Part shown: in pieces, positions 51,481 through 64,000 of the stretch
Layout of the letters: each line of letters begins with the position of its first letter
How positions within the stretch are numbered: the first letter of the stretch is position 1
Assembly: GCA_013265495.1 (NCBI GenBank)
Contig: MU058226.1
Span: 954,741 to 1,018,740, forward strand
Source of the DNA: Vicugna vicugna
Taxonomy: Eukaryota
DNA length: 64,000 nt
Direction of reading: 5' to 3'
Translations under genes and position numbers: made by a program
The notes under the pieces: model-generated
The model's input: the letters and a program-made list of their open reading frames with translations, nothing else
Told to the model about the DNA's origin: nothing
Databases searched by the model: none

Positions 51481-53962
51481 CCTGGGGCCGCGGACACTCC
51501 TCGCTCTGGCGCCACCCCGCGGTCTCAAAGATACGTGTTTGCAAACCCACCCCGCGCTCCCGCAATCCAAGCCGGGGGTCCCTTTATGAGTTTTGGATTC
51601 CCTCTAGTCTTCCTCAAGACTATGATCATCATATTAGGTAGAGGCTGGAGAGGCTCGTGGAACAGGAGAGCATCTTAAACTACTAACATTTTTCAGGACA
51701 GAACATTCTTTATGCAGATAGACTGGGGAGACGGTTATGTGCAATTTATTCCCAGCAAGACTTTCTGCCATAAGCTCCTGAAGCCAAAAGCAGATGTCTG
51801 GAAGACCTACAGACTGAAGAAACAGGTTATATATTCCAAAAAATGCACTAGTGCCAGTGGGAGCGAAACTGGAAAGGACATGAGGACGGTGGAGGGATGG
51901 AAGAGGGCTCCCGGCCCTCAGAAAGCACAGCTTACTCCCAATCTTTCCCAATTACCAAAGAAAAACACTTCCTGTTATGCAGTGCTGGACACACAGTAGT
52001 CAATTCTCACTAACTCCTAGTCTTAGGTACTGGAGCACAGAAACCTGTCAGTAGCATTCCCTGCCCCTGAAAATACATTCCCTCTCCCCCAACATAGACA
52101 GATAGTGCTTCACATTCCTCCCTTTGATCTCTGTCTCTCGTTTGCCCTGTTTGGCATCCTGTGTTTACTCCTGCTTCATAGTTAATAACCACTTGTTCCT
52201 GAGGTTAGTAGAGAGACAGAACATGAATAGACCTGGAGATGGGGAGAAGGCAGCATAAGTCAAGAGAGGCTGAGGATTTTCTCCTCTTTCAAACCTGTCA
52301 GGCTGGGCAGGGACCAAGGCCTCCAGCTTGAAGGAAATGGATGAAATTTCCTCTTGGATTAGTTTCACAAGGGTCCCCAGACTCAAATGAGGAGTATGTT
52401 TAAAAGGTAGAAGCCGAGCCCACCCGAGACCTTGATCAACCACTGAGGGTGAGCCCCAGGAACATGCATTTTTAACACCCAGTGATTTTTACATATTAAC
52501 AGAGGTTATCATCAAATTACCACACGACACAGGTATCACTTCAGTGGATCCTTTGTTCCATATTATGTTTTACCAACCAAAGCATCTTGCCACAAAGAAC
52601 CACAGTCAAGGCACAAAGGTAAGAGGAGAGTCTGGACAAAGTCCTGTTGAGGTGGTAGGAGGAGCTGAAATGCCCTCAATAAACTGCAGTTTCTTGTCCC
52701 AATCTTCTGTGAACCCCTGATTACCCAAGTAGCAGATAATCCAGTCATTTTAGTTTGGTTTGGCATGCATTGCTTTACCTTTTTTTGACAACATATGTAC
52801 CCTACAGGTTGTTTATTTTGGCCTAACATTAAAATGATTTACATTCTCTGATAGGAGAAATGGCAATAGGTGAAGGATGGCAACAAACAAGCAAAAAACC
52901 GGCTCTTGTGAACAGACGTTCCAGGCCAGATGGAACTATATCTGGCCTGTCCCTATACATACCACCCTCTTCTACCCTGTCCCCAGGGTGAGGAAGACTC
53001 CATTTTCTTTCTCCCTGTCTGGCTGGGACACCTTGGACAGCTAACAAGGCTGACAACTTGGGAGTAGCTACTTAGTAGCATTCTTTAAGGCCAGGGCTTT
53101 GAACAGAAATACTTTTCTCTTTCCTCTAATACCTGACTCTCTCCTTTTCCAAGTTCCCCTGGGAAAGCAGTGAAAGGGTAGACATGTCTTGCAGGATCTC
53201 TTGCACCTTGGCTCCCCAGTCGAGCAAGGTAACAGCTCTTGGAGACAAGCAATTACAAAGAGGTGGGCGGTAAGCCAGCTCTGCTGAAGGGACCTGGCTT
53301 CTAGCTCTTCTTACCCCCTCCTTCCCACATTCCTACCTCTGGCCAATCCTACTCATAATGGCAACCAAAGAAACCCTTCTCCCCTTCACTAGTCTCTAGG
53401 AATCTGTTCCTTTAGCCCACTTTCCTGACTTTCTTTCTAACCTTCTTGATGCCCAATCTCTGCCCTGAAAAAACTCCTCAACTTCTAGACCCACAAGAGC
53501 AACTGTCATTCATCTTTATTTCAGTCTAGAGGTACACAGACCCCTGTGATCCTCAAGAAATAAGACTATTCTGGGTCAAAGAACCCCCCCCTAAAAGGAT
53601 GTACAGGGGTTTCTGTTTCCTCCTCTGGTCTGAGCAAGTCAGACCCTTCCACAGACTTGTTTCTGGAAAAGTCTTTCCTTCCTTCCCAACCCGTCCATGT
53701 GCAATAGATGGACTTCAGGGGAGACGATCCCCTGGGAACCAAGGTCCCCATCCTGACAGGTGGGAGACACAGTGGTGCTCTCATCCCAGCCCAGTCCTAC
53801 CTACTCCTCCACATAAACCACTCTAAAAACCAAAGTGTTTCTCCCAGACGGTTCAGGACTGGAACCAGGCAGACACAAAGACGTTCCAGCAGGTCACAGG
53901 AAGGAAGGCCCATAGCTCTTGACCCTGCCTCACCCCGATTATACCCATGTCCCTACCTGTCA

Positions 53963-56900
53963 TCACTCCCAATCTGTCGGGGGCCTGATGGTAAGTGGTG
54001 CAGCATTCTTCCGACCAGCCCGGATGCCTGGATAGAAGAGGGGCCAAAGTTTCTCAGTAAAAGTATCAGTGAAGGTATAGATATGAGAGCGGTCTGTGAC
54101 GTTGTAAAAAGATAGTGTGCCGGCCTCATAGTCGAGGAATATGCCCACCCGCTTGGGTTTCACCTTGATGTGCAAAGGGGTAAAAGGCGTGGTGGTGGCT
54201 GCATACTTGTCCCCATTCCACAGCCGCACCCGCCAGTAGCCAGTCTCGGGGAGTGGGGTCAGCTCGCCTTTTCGGCTCACGGAGTCCCGGCACACACCAA
54301 CTGCCCAGTGGGTCTTGTCGCCCACCTCCACCTCCCAGTAGTGTCGACCTGAGGTGAAACCCTCAGTAGCCAGGACGCAAGGGTAGAAGGTGAAGCGCCG
54401 TGGTGTGTCAGGGAGATCCCGGAGTCTTGTCTCCACAAACTTGACGCTCTTCCGATCTTCGGACAGGACTAGGTTAGGATGAGCAGTCTCAGGGTCCAGG
54501 GTCACGTCCGCTGGCGGGAGAAGCCAGAGTGGGGAGCTAGATGAGGACGGGAACAGCTCAACGCCCCTGCCTCGCTCTTCCAGCCTGCCTTACAGAGCCT
54601 GCTCCCTGAAAGCCCCAGAACACCATGGTTTGGTAACTTTCTCAGTCCTCAGTGACACCAGGGGAGGGGAGAGGAGGGAACAATGGCTTCCCTTCTCATC
54701 CTGGGTCTAAAATAAACAGATAATGGCCTCTTATCTGCAAGGGCTGGCAGTTTAGGATCCTGCCTGGTCCCCCCTCCACCCCTGGCCACCGTCATCTATC
54801 TCGCTGTGTGGAGAAGTAAAAGGCACAGTCCAAGGGTCAGAAAGAATGGAAAACATTAATGATACAGAGCAAGATAGCATTAGCGTCCAGTGATAGGGTG
54901 ACCATGTGTTCTTTTTCTTGAACAGTCTGGTTTATGACTGCTTTCCCTGAATAAATATTAATGAGACTCTCTTTCACTCTCAAGAGGGGACCAGTTTATG
55001 TAAATTATTTAACTTCTCCAGGTCCCTATTCAGAAAAGTGTGGGACTAAGAGCAGATGACACCTAAGACTTCTCACTTTGAGTTCCGTGACTCAAAGTGA
55101 GATTGAAAGCCAGGGAAAAGGGTGGGTGTGGGTATGGGCATGAAAAGTGACAGAGGGGATAGATAAAGTAGGACCTAAAGGATTTCTTTTCTCTGCTGAT
55201 TCCCTCTGCTAGTTTCCTTTTGGGAACAACTCACCAATTAGCTGTTTAAGGATTTTCCTTAGGGCAAAGTACTGTCGGGGGAAATTGCTGAAGTTCTTTT
55301 CCAGCTCTATGGATACTGAAGTCACCTCCATGGTCTTCACCTTCTCACATCTAGGAGGGATGGGGAGATAGGGGAAGAAAGGGCAGGGTCAGGGGAAGCT
55401 CCAACTGGGTAAGTATTCAGATGTTGTCATCTTTAGGGAGAAACTAAAATTCTCCATCTTCCCACTTTCTTTCTCCTCCCTCAGGACAAGTACTCACTTA
55501 TTGCTTTCTTTTGTCAATCTATGGAAAGCTATATGGTCTTCTAGACAGACTCTTATCTTAAGAATGAGTCTCAGAACTTTCTGTATGTATTGTTATATTT
55601 CATGCTAACTGATAATCACCCTCCCCCTCTGTCAACCCCGTCTTCCTTCCATCTTGTTTGGACACAATTCCACCCACACGCCAGGTAAAAAAATCTGGTT
55701 CTACATCATCTTATCTACCTTGCCAAGGAAATCCTGATGGTCAAAGGGGAAATGGTAAGGGACTATTACTCCTGATGATTTCCTCTCTAACTGGCTTCAT
55801 GGATGCAATAAACCTTCTCCCGTATGCTATCCAGACACTACATGACTTTTCCACCCTTACTCCCCCAACTCATTACTGTACCCCTACTCTTTAAGCCAAG
55901 ACCTAACTCACTCAAAGAGATATAAGAATCACTTACTTTTCCAGGGTACTTTTGACATCCTAGAGGGAAGGAGAAAAGAAAGCAATATTGGTCCTGGTAG
56001 TCAAGGGTCCTTTAGAGGCAAAAGGTTCCCCTCCTCCCAAAAGTTCTAGATCTATTCAATAGGCATAAGGCAAGCTAAGAGTCACAATGTGCAAGGGGTA
56101 GAGCTCCAGAGGGATCTGAGTACATCTCTTCCAACCTGACCCCCACTTTCAACTCTCAATTATCATGGACTTTGGTAATGGTATCACTTCCAAATAGTTT
56201 CTTGTGTATTTTCTTTGCTCCTCAAGGACATTGGGAGCTCAATGCCTGGGACAGGGATTGTGTCTACTCTTTACTCTGTCCCCCAAGTACCAACCACACA
56301 CCTGACTCCTTGAGGATCAAACTGCTGGCATAGGAACGAATTACACTCTCCTGTGGTTTGGTATCCCTTGTCTGATATTGGTTAATAAATATTAGTAGCT
56401 GTGTGCCAATCGTGATTTGTGAATACTTGGGGTCCAGAAGACAAAGAAGACAAATCTCTGCCCCCCAAGGATTTCTCAGTTTAATGTGGAAGGCAGAACA
56501 CACATACATGAAAGGACACAAGAATATATACCAAGCAATATATAACATGCAGATAAATGTACAACGAAGCCTCACTGATTCAAATGCTGGTAATCTGATC
56601 TCTAAGATAAGAAATATGTTTCGTATAGCCTTGCTAACACATTTCACTTGCTTAGAAGAACAAATTAAACATTTTAGAGGCACCATTTACATATCAAAAG
56701 CAATATATTACTTATACATAATTTCAAGTGTCCTTCAAACTATGTTTCTATTCTTTTTGAGCACTAGGCAAATCAAGTTCCAGGACTTAAAAGTAATGGT
56801 TACTGCATTTACACAATTTTTAATGCATAGTTTTTTCATTAATTCAGTCTAGGCAGCCCTCCTTTCAAAAGAGTGAACTTTTTCTTTGGTACAAGTTAAG

Positions 56901-59900
56901 CACATAACTGTTGACAAGACATAAGAACATGGAAATGATTAGAAGGGGATGGGAGAAATCAAAGAAGCCTTTCTGTGGAGAAAGATCCTTTGAGCATGTC
57001 TGTAAGAGAGAATCGGATTTAGAGAGTTAGAGCAGAGGAGGGAGCACTGCAGGCTGACAGAACGGTCTGTGCAAAACTAGCCTGCACTTGACCTGAGGGG
57101 CTATGCAGGGGCAAAGGTCGAACCTTAAGCATTTCGAAGCCTGACTGTAAGCACTTGCCCTCCACCTCGGCAGCCAAGTGGGCCAGGTCCCGGCGCTTGT
57201 CTCCAAGGTGAGCAGCATTTTCTCGGAGGCGCTGTAGAATGTCCTGTTCCTCCTCCTCCAGTCGTGACAGCAACATCTGCTGCTCTTCATCCAGCCGCCG
57301 ATGAAGCTCTTCAAATTCCTTTAGGATCTGCTGTCGGCGACTCTCTACTAGTCTCTGAGAACAGCGGGAAGGTGTTAAGGTTAATAGGGCCACTGGGGCA
57401 TCTGCCGCCTTTCCCCACCCACCATGTGTATGAATTCACACAGACTTCCAGTATCATTGGAAAGACCTTAAAGAGACACTCATGTTCCTTCCTCTCCTTT
57501 GGAATTTCCTTCTGTAAAGAATGGCTCCATCCCCATTGTCACCCCTACTGATGACCTGGGAGTAAAGACCATTGGGGAGATTAAAAAAAAATCAGCGTTT
57601 AAAAAATTATTTTCTTTATTAAATTAACTTCTAAAAAAGCTGTATTTTTATGTTTTAGTAAAAAAAAATTCAATACATAAGAACTCAATTAATAAAATGA
57701 CATCTACTATTACAGAGATTAGAGATATCTCTGCTACTCCCTAAAGTTCCAGCTAACGCAATTTGTCAAGAAAAGCAAAATACAAATACTGGAAAGTCTG
57801 AGATTGTCATCATTTGTATGTTGCAAGACATCTACTTGATAAAAACTGAAGAAGCAACTAGAAAAGTATCAGAATCAGTAAGATTTCAGTAATGGGTTCT
57901 TACAAAATATAAATGCATATCTCAGGGATGAGCCTGTTAAACACTTTCAAGTCACTTCAGAGACTGGCAGTTCCCACCCCAGGAACAGGTTACAGAAGTT
58001 TGTTAGTAAATTCGTTGCTTAATATTTGAAACAGCTTTCTCTCAGCCAGGATATAGACTCAGACCTCTTAACATTCCTGAGATTTGATAATATAGGTTTC
58101 AAATGCCAGCCTTTCTGAGCGTTATCAGCAAGCACATCCTCCCTTTTTCACGTCCACTGCAACAGAAGTGATCCCCCCAAAGGAGGATTCCTCACGCACT
58201 ATATGACTGATGGGGAGGAATCAGCCCAAGACGGAGGCAGGAAGCAGAGACTGGGACTCCGGAAGGAGGAAGTGGATAGGGACTGGAGGGCAGGGCTGAG
58301 GGGGAATAGAGAGTGGGGACTACAAAGCCAGAGTGGGCCTTACAAGCCTGGTGTTTCTGGGTTTCAAGCTAGTTCCCAGCAGAGGCTGACTAGCTCCACT
58401 TTTAGAGCTGCATGCTGCTTCCCGTCCCACTGCTGCCTTCTCAGGAGCACGCTGGAACAAAATATCTTCTCACAACATTTACCCTTTTTCATGTGTGTGT
58501 GTTTAGGCGTGACGTATGGGTAGAATTTAGGATTCACAACTGGTAAATAGGAAGCAAAGGGCTCTCAGATAATCCCATAATGCCTTCTCTCTTTTTCCCT
58601 GTTTGTAGGAAGTGGTTCTTAACCACAGTGTTACCTCCCTCTAGGGATATCTAGCGATGTTTTGAAAATAGGCGGCATTTTTTGTTTGCCATGACTTGGG
58701 ACGCTCCTGGAATGGATGCTAACCCTCCACCAATGTGAGAGACAATCAAGCAAGGTGAACTGCATTGTTTTCTAACGTTCTGCCGGATATTCAAAAATGG
58801 AGGCCTGGACTTGAGTCCCATTTTATGTATAAACACAGAGTAATTCTTATACGGTTTTAATATACCTGAATTTTTAAGGAATGACTGAAAACTCATTAAG
58901 ACTGTACTTTGTGGGAGTTTGAAATTTGCAGATGCTAACTACTATATATAAAACAGATAAACAAGAAGTTTCTACTGTAGAGTACAGGGAACTATATTCA
59001 ATATCTTGTAGTAACCTATAATGACAAAGAATATGAAAAGGAAGATATGTGTGTATATGTATGACTGAAACATTATGCTGTACACCAGAAATTGACACAA
59101 CATTGTAAACTAACTATACTTCAATAAAAAAGAAAGGAAAAAAATACCGTAATTTGTTTTTCTTAGAACTTTACTAAAAGTTATTTATAATTTTGAAAAA
59201 TTATGTCACCAACAGCTAAACTGCTAGTGATGTTTGAGTCAACATTACTACACAGCTACCTCAGTCTGAATTTGTATTTGCTGCATTGGTGATGGTGCCA
59301 CATACAGGTGCAAGGATACAACTACATTGTAGTGTCTTTCAGGATAGTCAATCCCAAATGTTTATACACCAGGTTTTATTATAAATTACTTTGATGTTGT
59401 ATTATACTACATTTGGGCATGATCGCCTCTTTTTTAAATTATGTGGAGAGGTTATTTTATCCATAATTTTCATTTTAGCATGATTAATTACAAATGATTT
59501 ACTTCCAAAAGGGGCATCAGGTCTGATTCTGGAGGAGGGATGAGGGAGAGGGAGGAAAGAGAATTCAAAAGGTCACTGAAGGAATGTTGGTGGTTGGTGA
59601 CAGTTTCAGAGACCACTGAAATGATAATTTACATTTTTAAAAAACATCACAGTTCTGTTCAAGCATTTACCAGGTTTTTAAAATTTGTATTCCTCTCTCC
59701 ATCCTTTACCTTTAAGAAGGTGATCAATGGGAGAGGAAAGTTAATGACTGGGAATAAGCTTCATTTTCACATATTTTAAGTTTCTCAGGACCTTGCCAAA
59801 AGAACAAAGAACTTTTTTTTTTAAGTTCCCCTTTGCAATACAAATTAGTTCAAATTTTTAAAAAATCAAATGCTTGTTTGTTAAAATGTATAAAGGACTA

Positions 59901-62725
59901 AGGTAATAACACTTGCTTCCTACTGAAATGTTGTCAATGTTTAAAAAAATTAGTGTTTCTACTCATTTCAAACTTGTGTTTAATTTCTGATGATCCCTAA
60001 AATCTCAGTTCCAAAAACTCATTATTTCTTCTGGAAGCCTTTAATGAGGTCAGGTTTCTACACTGTCTTCTTATGAATTTGCAACTGCTTTTTGTGCCAT
60101 GTCATTTCTATTCTCTCTTCTTGATTGTAAGTTCAAGGAGGGCAGGGACTGTGTTTTTGCTCATCATTGTTCCCCAGTGTCAAAGATAGGATCTGGACTA
60201 CTGTAGAGGCTTAATAAATATTTATTGATTCATGCAGAATTAGTATCCCTGGTTTGCCACATACTGGCTGTATGATCTTGGACTAGACACTTATCCAAGT
60301 TCCGTTTCCTCCTTTGTAAGCTGTGGATAACAATATCTACCCGTCTTGAAGCTTTTCTATGTTCCACTTGGGCCAAGTCTAACTTGAACTCTTATAACTT
60401 CAACCTGGGCAGAACCCTAAGACCTAATACAACCTTGTAAGTTTGGAATGTCATGGGCACCTAACGAATTAATGCACAAGACTCAATAAAATGCAATAAT
60501 AAGCAGTTATTATCACTGCTGCTATTAATACACGTTTCACTGTCTAACAGAAGAAATAAGGCAGGTAACAAAATTCCATGCTACAAATGGTGATGCTATG
60601 AAAGAGATGCAGAACTGTATGAAAATTAAGAAAGCTAATTTCTGAAGGGTAAGGAAAGGCTACACAGAAAGTAGTTTTCATCCTAGGAGGGAAAGGATCC
60701 TAGAGGTAGAGGATGGGGAGGGAAAGAACATTCTGGGAACCAACATCATTTAGCATACTTGAGTTAAGACAATGTGCACTGGGCAGTTCTTCTGGGAGCC
60801 CTCGGGCAGCGCCTTCATCTTTCCTCCCCAGTGTACCTTCCACATTCTCCACTCCTCAGTCCCTCTAAGAAACTCCTACCCCTGCACTCTCAGCAGAGAG
60901 CCTCCTTCCCTGCTTTACAAAGAAAAGGAGACCAAGGGCCATGAACTCTCTCAACCCACCAGGTGTAAGATGTTCTGTCCTTCACCTCTTATATCCTCCT
61001 CAATCCTTAATCCATGACAAGTAATTTAAGTATGATGTTTAATGGCAACGAAGCTTGATAAAATACCATCATTTTTGAGAGAACATCACTTTTGGAATGA
61101 ACCAGAACTGGTGGACTATGTAATGTGTGGTTAATATTTGGTTGATTGCCTGCAGAGCAGCCCCTATGGGATCGCCAGTCTTTACCTTGAGCTCACCAGG
61201 TTTCTTCTCCTCAGAGGACTTGCAGCGGGTGATCTCCTGTAGCTTCTGCTCCAGGGGCTCCAGGCACTTCTGTAGTTTTTCCTGAGATGTGAGAAGAGGA
61301 AGAATGGCATTTGGGGTTGGCTGGTACATCCTACATTCAGAGGCTAATCCATTTGTTTAAAACCATGTTTGTTTCCTGTCCACCTCACCACCTCTTGATC
61401 CAACTCCCTTCCTTGCCTGTCATTTGGGGTGTCAACTTCCTATAGATCCCTCTTCCTGCCATCAGCTTGTCTCCATCACCTTCCTTGCTCACAAAACTTT
61501 GTTTTCACTGAATCTCACAGTGTCCAGCTGTCACCAATTCTATCCTTCCCCAGCCCTATTCATTTGCTTACTCAAGGAACTGCCTGTGACTGTCAAAGTG
61601 ATCTTCTGTACCCTGATATCCTTCTTTAAACTTTTTGTCCTATCCAACTCTTAACCAACTGCAAATATAATAAAATCTTGATTATTTATACTGCAAACAT
61701 AATTAAGCAAAGTACCTGATAAAGTGCTAAGACATTAAAATCTCTAGTTCCTATTACTCAAACACTTATTCTGTGTGGCAGCAGTAAGTTAAACTAGATG
61801 CCATGTTATCTATTACCTGGGAAAGATGCAAAACAGACTGATTCAGCTTAGCCTGGTGGGGATCATTTTAAAGTGATGGTACCTAATACCAGTGGGTAAA
61901 CAAGGGGTGTGCTGAGCAGGGAGACAGAATGAAGGAACCAGATCACTTTTCAGTTCTTCCTAAGTTTGATCTTCTCCATGTGGTTTCATTCATTTATGAA
62001 AAATATGTTACATTCCAAGACCACACATACACAAATGTGTTACAAAAGTCAGAGAGACATTTTGGGGTACTCCTTAATGATCTTCTTCGTGCCTGAGGAT
62101 AACTGATCAGAGGTACTGTATGCCCCCGTGTATGCAGCTCTGAAGGAACTAGAGAGTGAGGACTGGATACTCTCCTGCCCTCAGGAACTTACAATCCTCT
62201 ACCCAGGGAGTCTCCCATCCTCTGTGCTCTTCCCTCTTGCCCTGCATTGGCATCATGTGTCCCGTTCCCCACCTTGTACTCCTGTGTGGCGTCATCCAGT
62301 GGCACGACGGTATGGGCCCGGTGGGTGTGGGAAATTGCACATATCAGACAGACAGCCTCCTGGTCCTCATAGCAGAAGAGGCTGAGGGCCTCATGGTGCT
62401 GGGGGCAGAGGCTCTCATCTCGGATCTTCCGCTTGACAGCCTGGAGCTGCTTGGCAATTTCCACCATGCTGCCCAGCTGTCGATTAGGCCGGAGACTGCG
62501 GTAACGGGAAGTCTTTCGACACACGGGACAAGGGAAGTCCCTCTCTAGGTCCTCCCACCAGCGGGTGATGCAAGCTTTGCAGAAGTTGTGCCCACATTCA
62601 ATGATGACGGGCTCCTTCAGATACTCCAGGCACACAGAGCAACTTGCCTCCACCTGTAAGTTCTCCAGAGCTGCAGCTGTGGAGGCTGCAGAGGCCCCAG
62701 CCTCTAACAGACTTGTCTCTGCCAT
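53963..62725 (-). CDS. TRIM39: E3 ubiquitin ligase TRIM39 (RING, B-box, coiled coil, PRY/SPRY), 488 aa
   Basis: Coding exons (-): 62273-62725, 61186-61281, 57124-57354, 55937-55959, 55235-55350, 53963-54510 = 1467 nt with typical TRIM exon sizes 96/231/23/116. MAETSLLEAG...CSVCLEYLKEPVIIECGHNFC...PLTIRPPTDWE*. 5' UTR exons not identified in the window. Confidence 0.97.
54893..55010 (+). mobile_element. MER94-like hAT-Blackjack MITE
   Basis: tagggtgacc...ctttcactctcaagaggggaccagttt...aaatta. Confidence 0.45.
58905..59145 (+). mobile_element. Cetartiodactyl-type L1 3' end in a TRIM39 intron
   Basis: cagggaactatattcaatatcttgtagtaacctataatg...cattgtaaactaactatacttcaataaaaa plus an A-rich tail. 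Confidence 0.8.
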
Positions 62726-64000
62726 TATTTAACTTGAGGTTAGGAAGGAGGCAGAGAAAAGAAACATGTTAGTTAGAGGTTTAATTTTTTTGCATCCCTG
62801 GCCTGTCAATTACCCCCATTTTCAATCCTAACTTCAGATTTAGCCCATCTTAGTATTTTACATTTTCTCTTCCACTAGATTCAACCTTTGTTTCTTCACA
62901 TCCAAAACCTGATTCCCAGAAATCAATTTGTTTTTTTCTCTTCAGCAAACTGACACCCAATCCCCAATCTCTTCTTTTACCACTTTCTCTCTTTAGAAAC
63001 AGAGGCTTCCTTTAACTCTAGCCTAGGGTACTTCTGAACCAAGTTCATTCCACTTGCATCTCAGAACCAATAGTTTCAGACCAATGTATTCCTAGTTTGA
63101 CGTATTTTTCTAATAGATGAGAAAGGAGTTTGGGAAAGTGAAAAGTACCATAAAAGTCAAAGTATTAATTAATATTTCTTAAATTAAGTCTATTTTAAAC
63201 TGTAATGTTACAGAAGAGTTTTACTACAATAGGTTTAATGGAGCCTAAGCTCAATTTTTTGCCACGACTCTCTCACTCTTTCAAAGGGTAATAAATGATA
63301 ACAACCTCTTCTTTTCAGGAAAGTTTGAAATTATTCTTGCTTTTATCAGGCTAGCCTAGAGGAAGTGTGCCCTCTTCTTGGAATAAAATGATTCATACAA
63401 CAACTGATTTCAATTTTTGTGCATTTGGACGTTTGGAACTGTTGTAAAGTGATAAATTCATGGCAACTATACTAAAGAGTATATTACTGAGCCCAGGGCA
63501 ATAACTTCTTGAAAAGAGAGCTGACAAGTCTATTCTAAATACTCAGCAGTGATTGGAGTCTTTGGAAATAGTTATCGATAACTAATTCCTTGGATGTACT
63601 GGGCCTTCAACTAATAGGTTCTGGAGTGATTGGAACTTAAGAGAGAGAAAAGTAAAGAGGCAAGCAAAAATCTCCCTCAAATGAAGCGTCAAAAAAATTG
63701 GAAATGCATCGAAGAGATTTATAAAGCAAAAGGCTGGTCCTCTATTCCATCCTTAAAACAGTGCCATGAAATTGTTGATTTCTCTATCCCCATAATCCCT
63801 CCTGTCTACCCCTCCTCCCTAAGAGACCCTACAGAGGGAAATTTAGTAGGTCTATGTGTTGAGAGAGAAGTGGCCATGTAATGAGTTGGGTTTACAATGA
63901 TTATTCCTGTATATATTGATGGCATACAAGAAAAGTGTTTAATTTGGAGTAGGAGTTGATAATTTATTTGGACCTGAATTTCTTCCCTCAACCAGGAGAG

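Noticed and set aside
1..64000. CRISPR arrays, rRNA, operons or prokaryotic defence systems
   Set aside because: The sequence is intron-containing mammalian DNA with no regularly spaced repeats or such genes.

Overview
This is mammalian genomic DNA from the MHC class I framework region. It is most likely camelid, based on tRNA-Ala-derived Vic-1-like SINEs and cetartiodactyl-type L1 3' ends. Gene order: ABCF1 exon 1 (-), PRR3 (-, 4 coding exons, 188 aa), GNL1 (+, 12 exons, 607 aa, head-to-head with PRR3), a ~29 kb repeat-rich interval with no recognisable gene, RPP21 (-, 5 exons) and TRIM39 (-, 6 coding exons, 488 aa). Exons were placed by hand, with GT-AG boundaries and consistent phases. I found no evidence of a wholly new biological system. 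The most notable observations are: an apparent 1-nt frameshift giving RPP21 a new tail whose stop lies inside the AATAAA; a decayed copy of the human TRIM39 alternative exon; a retained in-frame donor for TRIM39-RPP21 read-through; and no class I/MIC gene between GNL1 and RPP21, which instead holds orphan CpG islands, CTCF-like motifs and a REST/RE1-like site. Human comparisons and repeat family names come from memory, and repeat boundaries are approximate.
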